Part shown: positions 45,501-55,715 of the stretch, one piece after another
How the letters are laid out: every line of letters begins with the position of its first letter
Numbering within the stretch: the stretch's first letter is position 1
Origin: Perkinsela sp. CCAP 1560/9
Lineage: Eukaryota; Protista; Euglenozoa: Kinetoplastea
Direction: 5' to 3'
Length of the DNA stretch: 64,000 nt
NCBI GenBank assembly: GCA_965644495.1
Contig: CBFFSA010000041.1
Location: 12,836-76,835 of the forward strand
Position numbers and translations under genes: made by a program
Notes under the pieces: generated by a model
The model's database searches: none
Seen by the model: the letters and a program-made list of their open reading frames with translations, nothing else
What the model was told of the DNA's origin: nothing

Positions 45501-48500
45501 CTGGCGCCCAAATCATTATGAACGAGGTTAAAACCAAGGCTTTTCGAAAAGACGGAATAATGGTAGCCTTTGTAGATTTTGCTAAAGCATTTCCCTCCGT
45601 ATCCTTTGCTGCTATAAAAGCCTGCCTAAATGCTTTCCGAGTTGGCAATCGATTGTCCACCACAATCTTGTCCATCTATCGCGACTTGAAAGGAACAGTT
45701 CGAACGCCGTTTGGTAATACTGAACCTTTTCCAATCACCACAGGGATTCTACAAGGGGATGTATTAGCTCCCTATCTATTCGTTATGGTGATGGACAGGA
45801 TTCTACACAAGGCTCTCGACGACGGATCAGATGGTGTTCTTCTGAAATCTAGAGGTACACGAAAGCGAGGGTTAAACGAAAAACGACTGAGTGATATCGA
45901 TTATGCCGACGACGTCGCGCTATTTAGTGATTCGAGGGAAGGTTTGCAAAATATGATAAACAGCGTTTCTCGGGAAGCAGTCAAAGCTAATCTACGACTT
46001 GCGGTTGGTCAAACGAAAACTGCATGGATGTCTTTTGGTAAAGTTGCACGTTCCGAAAACGACCCCGTCATCTACAACAACAACTTGGAGGTACCAAAGG
46101 TGGGGTCATACAGGCATCTGGGGCAACGTCAAGATCAAGATTTTTCTTCCACTGTAAAAGATCGATTAAAGCTTGCATGGGGATCACTCCATCGTTTAAA
46201 TGGAATTTGGTCTTCTCCTCTAAGTGAAGGGATGAAACTTCGACTTTATGATGCCTTAGTTTACCCTGTGCTGAATTTTGGAATGGGAGCAGTTCATATT
46301 TCTCAAAAGGAGCTCCGTAAAATTGATATTGAGGTCAACACAATGAGAAGAATTGCCACCCGTTCAAACAAAGTTGATGAGTACGGGTTATGCTACCCCA
46401 ACGCTTCTCTCTATGTTAATACCGACAGGTTTTCTCCTATTCATAAAGTACAGCGAGCAAAACTGGTGGGACATATGATCCGTCATTCTTCAGACTTTCG
46501 GGAACTGATTCAATGGAAACAACGTAGCAACGCTAGATTACCTTCCCCAAGTGAAGCTTGTGTTAAAGATCTTGGCATTACTATTGAACAAGCATTGGTT
46601 TACGCCATGGACCGCGAGCATTGGTTCAGAATTACAGAACAACTTCGTGACAACCTTGAACCAGCTGCAACCTATATAAAATCTGGCACGCAAAAGTGGA
46701 GAACCGCCGTCACAAAAGCCAAGAAGACTAAAGACTTGCGCGAGTTACAGTATATTGAAGAGTCAACGGATCCTTTCCCTAACTTTAAAGCTATGCAGAT
46801 ATATACGGATGCTTCTATTAAGAGTATGGTTAGTTCTCAGGAAATTCGAAGTGGCGCTGGTATTGTGGTTATACCAACGAAAAAAGATCCAATAAGATGT
46901 TCAATCCCACTGGAAGTTACAACAATTGAGAGAGCAGAACTTCAATCGTTTTATTTAGCTCTCAACAAATTGCCAGAAAATTCATGCGCGTGCTTGTTTC
47001 ACACAGATTCGCATTACGTTTGGGACTTCTTTCACAATTTACGAAATAAACGGCGCATTGTGGGATACACTGGGACAAAAAATGGCGACCTAATGTATGA
47101 TGTGGACGCAAAGCTCAGGTTACTAAAATTCCATTCGTATAATATATATTTGTGCAAGGTAAAGGCGCACATTGGAAACAAATGGAATGAGGAGGCAGAT
47201 GGTCTAGCACTTTTGGCATCACGAAAAGTGGCACGGGCTCCGACCCAAAAAAGGAGAAAAACAACTGCTAACTCGGAGGATAGTGAGAATTCACAACCGT
47301 TATGGTCTTTGAAAGCCTTACTCAAAAGGAAGTCCCTTGGAAATAAGCAAGCACGAGACATTCCATCATCCAAGCGCGAAGCTGAGGCGGAAGGGGTATT
47401 TCGAGGGAAGGTTGCGAGAGCTGGCGGTAATAGGAAACCGTCTAAGTAGGGAGAGAATTGATGGAATTATTTCTTTGCCAACTTAGAATACCTTGAGGAT
47501 TATTCATAGGTTATCGGAAAAATATTGTTTGTTTGTACCGTATCAGACACATATAAACTCTGAACGTGGAAGCGATAGATGAAAGCTTTCAAGGTGTAAA
47601 CATTAAGTTTTTCAACCGACTTTACGTCGGTCTTTTGGATTGGATTGGACGGTAACAGCATCCCTAATGAATGGTGGTACAGAGAAGGCCGTTTTCTATG
47701 CACCTCATGCGGACGCCACTACGACAACCACAAACGATCATCGCACACACACAGCTGCAAAGGAACGAAAACCGTCGCGCTCCTTTCTCCCGAACTTCTT
47801 ACTCCACCCAACGAAGTGAGCACCGCACCAACACCAGAGAACACCAACTTTGAGCTCCCACCTCTTCCTTCTGTCTGCTCTCTTCAGCTGAGTACGTGCA
47901 AAGACGTGCCTTATCGTTGCCGCCAGATCTGGGAAGAAATCCTCTCCTCCGCCATTCGGAACGCGGTCTCTGAAAACTCCTTACAGGCATGGACGCTTCT
48001 GGCCATGCTTCCCAAATGCGTTTTACCAGCTCCGCATCGAGGGGGCCGCAAAGGCCACATGGCATATGCCTCACATGCGTATAAATGCATGCAGCGTTGG
48101 GCGGAACAAGAGTACTCGGACCTATGGAGCGAAGCAATTGTAGCCTGTCGAAAAAAGCAAAAATCTCCAACGGAATTCCCTGACGAAGACGAGAAGGCAG
48201 CGATTCGAGCAGAACTCCTCGTCCGCCACGGCGAGCTCTCTAGAGGGTTGGCCTCCCTAACGTCAGATCCAATGGCGCCTGACGATGACGAGACATTTGA
48301 AAAATTGCTAGAAAAACACCCCCGTCGTCTTCAAATTGACTCGTGCGAAAACTGCCCGCCCCCGAACTGCGCTCCACTGGAACTTGACGAACGCGAAGTT
48401 GCAAAGACGCTGAAGAGCTTCAACAGGGGTTCCTCTGCCGGCACTATGGGATTACGCCCAGAGCACCTACAGGCAGCACTGCTCGTACACGGAAATGACT

Positions 48501-50848
48501 TTCTCCGATCCCTCACAAAGCTAACAAATCACCTCCTAGCTGGGAAGGCACCCTCTGAAGTACAGGCGCACTTCGCAGGGGCGCGCTTATGCGCCCTATC
48601 AAAGGGCGAAAATGATGTTCGTCCGATCGCTGCCGGTGAAACCCTTCGGCGATTAGCGAGCAAAGCCGTATGCAACGCAATCCGACCCAAAGCGAGCGAG
48701 CTCTTTGAAGGCAAACAGTACGGAGTGGCAGCGACAGCCGGGGCCGAAAGAGTCATTCACATGTGTCGCCTGGCCATGTCGTCCAATATGGAAAACCCGA
48801 ACTTCGTCATGTGCAAAGTGGACCTACGTAACGCTTTCAATAACGTAAGCAGGGCTGCCTTCCTTCCACTAGTACAGGAATATTTCCCGGAACTCTTCCC
48901 TTGGATCAATTGGTGCTATTCCGACCCCAGCTCTCTTACCTACGGGGCCCGATTCATCTCCTCCGAGGAAGGAGTACAACAGGGCGATCCCCTAGGACCA
49001 TTGCTCTTCTCGTTAGTGGCCCTGGAGCTCTCAGAAGCCATTAACCTTCAAACTGATATTCCCGCCCAACTCTGGTATCTCGACGATGGCGTCCTCGTTG
49101 GCCAGGCGCAGGAAGTTAGAGACGCCCTAGACACGATCGCCCGAGTAGGACCTCAATGGGGCTTGTATCTCAATACGTCGAAATGCGAAATTATTACTTC
49201 CCCCAGCTCGGCCCACCAGGCTGATTACTTCCCAGACATACCCGACGAGAAGATCAATTCGCAGGGGAACTTTGACATACTAGGGAGTCCTGTAGGATCC
49301 GCCGACCACTGCTCTGCTTATCTTCTTTCTCACGCCCTAGAACCAGCCGAGGATACCCTCGATGCCATCACCAACATTCAGGACCCCCAGGTCGCGCTTG
49401 CCCTAATTCGTCAATGTGCGGGGTTCTGTCAAATGGTGTATGCCATGAGAAGCACGCCCCCACAGTCCCTGATTCACCTTTGCTCCCGTTTAGACGACTT
49501 TCTCATGACCGCTATAGAGGCAATCATCTGTCCTCTGGACAGGTCAGCACAATCTCAAGCACAGCGACTGAAGCGTCATGGGGGATTAGGTCTGAGATCC
49601 GCAGCTCTCCACGCTTCCGCGGCTTACGTTGCATCCGTCGCCTTTGCCTCTGCCACAGATTCCTGGGATCCCACAGACGCTGAAGGTTTCTCGGAGGCCA
49701 TCCTCGACATCAATCAGAAGGCCGGCACTGCTCTCCTCGATCCCCGAGGTCGTGTTCTCACGACTCCCAACGCCCCATGCGAGAAGGCCCTGAGCGCGCC
49801 GTACTCCTACCGGAAGAGAAGGCGCCCTCCGCCAGGGAATGATCCTCACCCCCCGGACGAGCCTCCGGGACATATTCTTCGTACGACTTCCCGCACGGCC
49901 AACACACCCACGGATGCCTACCCACTCTCGACTCCCCTCTACGGTTCTGAAGAATGCCAGGACATGTTACCCCCACAGTGGCCCAAAGGGAAGATCCCGC
50001 GCCAGCGGGTAATCAGTTATGCTATTGCAGCCCATGCCTTTTCCCAGGAATATGAGACAACTGACGCACGAACCCGTGCAAGGTGGATCTCCCAGTGTGG
50101 CACGGGAGCGAGCAGCTGGGCCTTTGTGACTCCTTCGAAAGACCTTGGGCACGCCTTTACCCCCACACAATTCCGAACTTTGGCCCGTTGGTGGTTAGGC
50201 GTGGACATCTACCATGAAGATAGCACGTGCCCCATGCCGAAATGCTCGCTCCCCCTTGACAGCAAAGGGGACCATGCACTGTCTTGCAAACATGGCCATG
50301 GTATTGTGACCAGGCACAACGCTGTTACGGACCAGTTCGCGGACGTGTGCAGTCGAGCCCGCCTCGCCCCTCAACGAGAAAAGAGTCTCGGGAACAGGGG
50401 CCCAGGCGGGGCCCTCACCAGACCTGGCGACATATACTTGCCCAGCCTTTTTCTTGGAAATCCCATTGTGCTTGACTTCGCGGTCACCCATGCTCAGCAA
50501 TTAAAATATACGGACAAAGTCCGAAACGCTAGCTGGGTTGCCGCGGGGTCATTTGCCGAACATTATTCCTCAATGGAGAAGGGCAAGCAGCGTCGAGAAG
50601 CCGTAGAGGCAGGATGCGACTTTACGGCCATGGTTGTCGAAAGTTATGGCGCCTGGAGCCCCAGCGCTTCAGCCGTGCTCCGCAAAGTCGGTGAGAGGTG
50701 TTCGCACGCCTCGGGGGGTCTACTTTCGGAAGGTGAGGCAACGAGCCGAATCTTCGCTGAACTAAACATAACCCTTATGCGCTTTCAAGCGCGCATGATG
50801 GTTGCTCGTTCACCTTCCGAAGACCCCATCGCAACTCTGGAGGAATAG
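42566..50848 (+). pseudogene. CRE-F polyprotein interrupted by LINE-B (parts 42566-43333 and 47663-50848)
   Basis: HVACRHGNSI|PNEWW is split by the insertion; TSD ACGGTAACAGCATC at 43320-43333 and 47649-47662. Confidence 0.92.
43358..47449 (+). CDS. LINE-B polyprotein: N-terminal domain, APE, RT, RNase H (intact)
   Basis: MADASGAQES start is homologous to LINE-A MADASGPRES and the domain motifs are the same. The element spans ~43331-47648 with a TTGGA tail. Confidence 0.93.
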   Translation: MADASGAQESTRIMNLLLRSTLDRGDLFRPHKGGRSPAKLRARSLRQLLLRMEKGARLAVVWRYGYSDDLKLWEGVVERWLGLWRIRYTERPRETLPFPPLSPLIVLCAARVFKPFSLSSRKKRHRKSRALSGKRALHDSEGPRGPAVKGKLNVATLNVTSLKLKGEDEFSLRKCGHLYEVLNFMNMKGINILGMQETRYRFSSSEKSEVLCRKVQYQNSEYFFNLITARAKDAYNGMGIVSSMPMSKVFRVSERIMVGEFEMEDGVGTVVNVYAPTRDSSELALSTFYGDLEKCCTKALENNLRRPLFVIGDFNAPLTLISNKEMDPLAVARLKGLSCAMGCKSAHSLCPSSRKWTCELPNKTLRQLDHIFISSRFASAIQRHKVVKAPVPTTHCCVIASVKIKWRAVNPKAANNYLSWAFLRNSENLQAFITKVHSQSEKGGNIKQGWERLSNSIITAAKNFKKPQKRTINREPIKHVKINNLRGLYQRSRQKTTFNELIKEHKKDIEQTISEECLELENKLRKNHSNPWRTLRQICGQYRTQFNTNGETRDMKLQAIREHFLKFSNYDAGDPNISFDPIPPLFVPIEDGPFIVEELTLSVKHFGRGRAPGSDGIPMEALQAIASHEVLREQLLGIINKVYETGSTDEAWRMTLQIPIPKKGDLTDISNWRPICVVNSVVKLMNHMILSRIRPSVEGFLRDNQYGFRPNRSTAGAQIIMNEVKTKAFRKDGIMVAFVDFAKAFPSVSFAAIKACLNAFRVGNRLSTTILSIYRDLKGTVRTPFGNTEPFPITTGILQGDVLAPYLFVMVMDRILHKALDDGSDGVLLKSRGTRKRGLNEKRLSDIDYADDVALFSDSREGLQNMINSVSREAVKANLRLAVGQTKTAWMSFGKVARSENDPVIYNNNLEVPKVGSYRHLGQRQDQDFSSTVKDRLKLAWGSLHRLNGIWSSPLSEGMKLRLYDALVYPVLNFGMGAVHISQKELRKIDIEVNTMRRIATRSNKVDEYGLCYPNASLYVNTDRFSPIHKVQRAKLVGHMIRHSSDFRELIQWKQRSNARLPSPSEACVKDLGITIEQALVYAMDREHWFRITEQLRDNLEPAATYIKSGTQKWRTAVTKAKKTKDLRELQYIEESTDPFPNFKAMQIYTDASIKSMVSSQEIRSGAGIVVIPTKKDPIRCSIPLEVTTIERAELQSFYLALNKLPENSCACLFHTDSHYVWDFFHNLRNKRRIVGYTGTKNGDLMYDVDAKLRLLKFHSYNIYLCKVKAHIGNKWNEEADGLALLASRKVARAPTQKRRKTTANSEDSENSQPLWSLKALLKRKSLGNKQARDIPSSKREAEAEGVFRGKVARAGGNRKPSK

Positions 50849-51328
50849 CCTCCAGAGCGGCCCGAGGCCGATCGAGCCGACAGTGCCTATCCTCACGCCT
50901 CGCTTTCACGAGCAAGGTACCCCAATGTGAGACAGGTATGGATTCGGAACATTCATCCGAATCCGGCGATCAAAACCCAACTTCGTGACCGTGCCGCTGT
51001 CGGCACATGCCCGCGCCTGCGCCCTCCCGCATAACAAGGGAAGGGTTCCCAAGCCAGGCCGTGGAGAGGTCGAGAGACCCGGTCCGAAGCGCGCACTGCT
51101 GGAAGAAGGGGTGGAGCACTCGCGGATTGATTTCTGGGGGGAAGTGAGGGAAAGAGGAGGGCAAAGTTTGGAAGGCGCGGATGGATGCTCGGGGGGGGGG
51201 AAGTGAGGGAAAGAAGCGGGTGAAGTCGGAAAGTCGCGGATGGTTTCTTTGAGGGGTGGAGATAAGGGAGAGAAGCGGGCGAAGTTGATAAGGGCGAAGT
51301 AAAGTAAAAAAAAAAAAAAAAAAAAAAA

Positions 51329-51712
51329 GGTACCCGCATAACAAGGGAAGGGTTCCCAAGCCAGGCCGTGGAGAGGTCGAGAGACCCGGTCCGAAGCGCG
51401 CACTGCTGGAAGAAGGGGTGGAGCACGCGCGGATTGATTTCTTGGGGGAAGTGAGGGAAAGAGGAGGGCAAAGTTTGGAAGGCGCGGATGGATGCTCGGG
51501 GGGGGGGAAGTGAGGGAAAGAAGCGGGTGAAGTCGGAAAGTCGCGGATGGTTTCTTTGAGGGGTGGAGATAAGGGAGAGAAGCGGGCGAAGTTGATAAGG
51601 GCGAAGTAAAGTAAGTAGGAAAGTAAGTAAGAAAGGGATACCGTACATTCATAGAATATATTTTAGAAGAAAGAATTTTTCAGTCTTGAACGCATAAAAA
51701 AAAAAAAAAAAA
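51329..51712 (+). repeat. Duplicated CRE-F 3' UTR fragment with a longer 3' end and poly(A)
   Basis: Repeats ~51026-51305 and then extends to a second A-tract. Confidence 0.85.
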
Positions 51713-51945
51713 GACTTTTCACTGCATTTCTCTTCAGGGAGGCGGCTTCGTGGGGGGAAATTGTTTGCTAGTTTGGGGTGGGCTGATTGCTTGTGGAAGG
51801 AGGAAAAACTAAGAAATTTACATACATTCATATCCCCCCAATGGACCTACTTGGTTCGCATAATGGGTAATATAGAGGCAATGCCGCGTTTCATACATCT
51901 CCCCCCTTATTAATTGCAAAAAAAAAAAAAAAAAAAAAAAAAAAA

Positions 51946-54900
51946 GACAATATCTATCACTTTGGAACGAAACATGTAAGACTTTGAATCGTAAGAAACG
52001 TGCTGCGCAAGCAACAAGCCTAGAAGACGAGGGGAAGAAAGCGTGTCTTCGCGCGGAGCGACTGGCCCGCGACGGAGAACTTTCTCGCGCCATGACCGCA
52101 CTGACTTCTTCGCCGCTAGCACCAGACGACGACAACACGTACGCCAAACTTCAGGCCAAACACCCCCCACGAATCTCCGCATCCACAACATCCCCCAGCT
52201 TAACTCCGGAAACAGAACCACTCAAAGTCACCGAGGAAGAAGTCGCAGCTGCGCTCTCAACCTTCCACAGAGGATCATCAGGTGGCGCACTTTGCCTCCG
52301 CCCAGAACACGTGCAAGCGGCAATGCAATATCACAATGACGGGCACACAAATCCACTGGGCACGCTCACAAATTTCACCAACCATATGCTCGCTGGGAAG
52401 TTACCACTCGACGTTCAAGACCACTTTGCCGGAGGAAGGCTATGTGCTTTGGAAAAGGGAGAACACGACGTGCGCCCAATAGCCGATGGAGAAACGCTCC
52501 GCCGTCTGGTGAGTAAAGTGGCCTGCCTATCAGTAAAAGCGCGAGCCCGCAAAATTTTCAAAGGCCATCAGTACGGGGTAGCCACGCCCGCCGGGGCCGA
52601 GCGAGTTATACATCTGTGTCGCCAGGCCTTTGCTGCTCGCACGGAAGATGACGACTTTGTTCTCTGTAAAATCGACCTACGTAATGCCTTCAACCAAGTT
52701 TCAAGGGACTGGTTCATAGCACTAACACGCGAGCATTTCCCCACGCTTACTCCTTACGTCGAATGGTGCTACACTTCGGAAAGTAAGCTTACCTTTGGAA
52801 CACGCGTTATTAAATCTCGTGAGGGTGTCCAGCAAGGGGACCCCTTGGGCCCTCTTCTTTTCTCGTTAGTCATGAGGGAAGTCGCCTCAGAAATTCACGC
52901 AGCAGCCCCCAAATTAGACCTAAGCCTCTGGTACCTGGATGATGGCGTTTTGGCTGGCACTTCCTGTGATGTGCGACACGCGTTCGACGTTATCGAAATG
53001 AAGGGTCCACAATGGGGCCTACACCTCAACGCTGCAAAATGCGAGATTATTACCCACCCAGCATCTTCTCATCGTTCTTCTGTTTTTCCCGATCTCCCTG
53101 GCCCTAACAAAAACCTCGAAGGCAATTTTTACATTCTGGGAAGCCCCGTTGGATCGCCAGAGTTTTGTCGTGAATATCTCGTCAACAATGCAGTCGAAAT
53201 GGCAGAAGATTCTCTGGACGCTATAACGCACCTCGAAGACCCCCAGGTTGCCTTATCCCTCATTCGTCACTGCACTGGCTTCTGCCAGATGGTTTACTCC
53301 CTACGAACAACCCCAACATCTGAACTTCGGGATCTCTGTCGGCGCTTGGACGACGCCGTGCAACGCGCGGTAGAGAATTTTTTCCGTCCTCTGACCCCCG
53401 AGGCCCGCCGTCAAACACAACGAAACAAGCGATTTGGCGGGTTAGGACTCCGTTCCGCGGAAGAGCACTCTACTTCAGCCTATATCGCCTCTGTCGCATT
53501 TGCATCGGAGCTAGATCGCTGGGACCCCACGGAGGCAGAAGGTTTCGAAGAAGCCGTAAGCGATGTCAATAAAAGGGTGGGGAAAGACATCGTAGACATT
53601 CAATCAGGGAGAATACCGAAAGGTTTCGCCTTGTCATCCACTCCGCCTTTCAGTAAACGTGGCATTACAGAATCCAGTACCGAAACAGTAATCCCTCGGC
53701 AACGAGATCTAAGCGATGCAATCTCATCTCACGAGTTTCATCAAGCACTCTCCCTCGCTGACCCACGTACGAGGGCTCGATGGATTTCGGAAACGGGGCA
53801 CGGAGCAGCAGAATGGGCTTTTGTATTGCCGTCGAAAAAGAACGGCCACGCTTATACCCCAACCGAGTTTCGGACTCTGGTACGTTGGTGGCGAATCGTT
53901 GGTTACAAGGGGGTTTTAAATGGAGATTTGTTCTCCCAGTTAGACGGAAAATTACGGTCCTTAAAACATGATTTCTACTCAATATATATGTGCAAAGTCA
54001 AGGGTCACTCAGGAAATAAATGGAACGAGGAGGCAGATGGGTTAGCACTGATTGCAGCGCGAAAAGTTCCTCGACCGCCTGAGCAGAAAAAGAGAAAAAC
54101 AAGTAATGATTCCAACGCATCACAAATCGACAAATCCTTGGAAAAGCTGATAAAACATAGAACCTTGGAAAAGGGAAAGACGAAAACCAATCCAGCACCC
54201 AAGCGCGGCGCCGAGGCTAAAGTCAAGCTGTGCGGGAAGATTGCGAAAACTGGTGGGAAGAGGGCGCCTTCATAGTAAGAGTTGGGCGGAAGACGTGCTT
54301 CCACCAGCAGGTTCGGAATACCCTGAGGAAGAGTTCAGGAAGATAAGGAAAAGTATTGTGTGAAAGTAAAATAGTAGGCACTACTAAACTCTGAACTGGA
54401 AGGCGAGGGAGTATAAGTTCGGGGGGAAAACATTTAACATTCTAACCGACATATGTCGGTCTTTTGGATTGGATTGGATTGGACGTTGGTGGCTAGGGGA
54501 GCAAATATATCCGGGTCCCCGATCTTGTCCCATGGAGAAGTGCACCCAACCGTTGGGTCCTGAGGGCGATCACGCATTGGCTTGCAAAAGTGGACATGGT
54601 ATCACCTCGCGGCATAATGCCCTGGCCGCAGAATTTTCTTCTGAATGTTCTAAGGCTGGGTTCACTACCCAGAGGGAAATGAGCTTGGGAAACAAGGGGC
54701 CGGGGGGCGCCCTCACCAGGCCTGGTGATGTCTTCATCAAAAATTTCGGGCTTGGCGAGGGTCTTGTGCTTGACTTTGCCGTCACCCATGTACAGCAACA
54801 AAAATATACGGACTCAGTCCGTGACGCTAACGGGGTGACGGCCGGGTCATTTGCGGAGCGCTATGCTACCGAGAACAAGAGAAGACAACGGGAAGAGGCT

Positions 54901-55161
54901 AACACGGCTGGGTACAAGTTCGCGGCAATGGTAGTAGAGTCCTATGGCGCCTGGAGTCCCAGCGCCATGGCGGTTCTTAGGGAAATTTCAACTAAAAAGA
55001 TGGCGAACTCAGGGGATACCCTCCCTAAAAGCGATGCCTTGCATCACCTCCTTTCATCTCTCAACATTACCCTCATGAGGTCGCAAGCTCGCATGCTTGT
55101 ATTACGATCCCCAGCGGCGGTCCCTGACACAGTGCTCTTAGGTTACGGAAAAGATGAGTAG
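51946..55161 (+). pseudogene. CRE-G, 5'-truncated, interrupted by a LINE-D 3' fragment
   Basis: RT LWYLDDG; RWW|LGEQ is split by the insertion; TSD ACGTTGGTGGC at 53882-53892 and 54483-54493; REL RPGD in 54469..55161. Confidence 0.9.
53893..54482 (+). mobile_element. LINE-D: 5'-truncated ~590-bp fragment (RNase H C-terminal half, 3' UTR, TTGGA tail)
   Basis: KVKGHSGNKWNEEAD; ACCGAC-atat-GTCGGT hairpin; TTGGA repeats. Confidence 0.9.
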
Positions 55162-55715
55162 GAGCTCAGTAGGAAAGTGAAGGAGTCGGTGTCAAGGGAG
55201 GAGGCCTCGTTTCTATTGGCTGGTTTTCTCGGGTGGTTTCTTTTTGGGGCTTTGGGTATTCGTTTTTTGGGGAAGGTTTTTTTTGGGGGTGGGAACGGGT
55301 TCTTATTTGCTGTTTTTTGGGCCGTTTGCTCGGTTGAACATTCTTTTACTTTTCGTACAGTTGCTTGTTTCTATTCTGAGCCTAACTTTAAAAAAAAAAA
55401 ATGTGAAATTGCTAATTTGATTGCTTGTTTACAAATCATATACCCCCCCCAATGGACCTACTTGGTTCGTCTACTGAGTAAAAATATAGAGGCAATGCCG
55501 CGTTTTATACTTCTCCCCCCCTATTTATTGCAAAAAAAGAGGAAAAAAAAAAAAAGTAGTAAAAAAAAGTAGTAAAAAAGTGTAAAAAGAAGTAGTATAT
55601 ACTTAGGGGAGATTAAATTGCTAGTTTTGGGCTGAGAGAAAAAAACAAAAGGTACATCTGTGGAAACAAAAAGATTTGCTAAAAAAAAAAAAAGAGGAAC
55701 TACTTAAAGAGGAAC

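Noticed and set aside
50906-51652. Minus-strand 231-248-aa ORFs and the many short antisense or overlapping ORFs
   Set aside because: They are shadows of purine-rich 3' UTRs, poly(A) tracts or RT ORFs, with no recognisable motifs.
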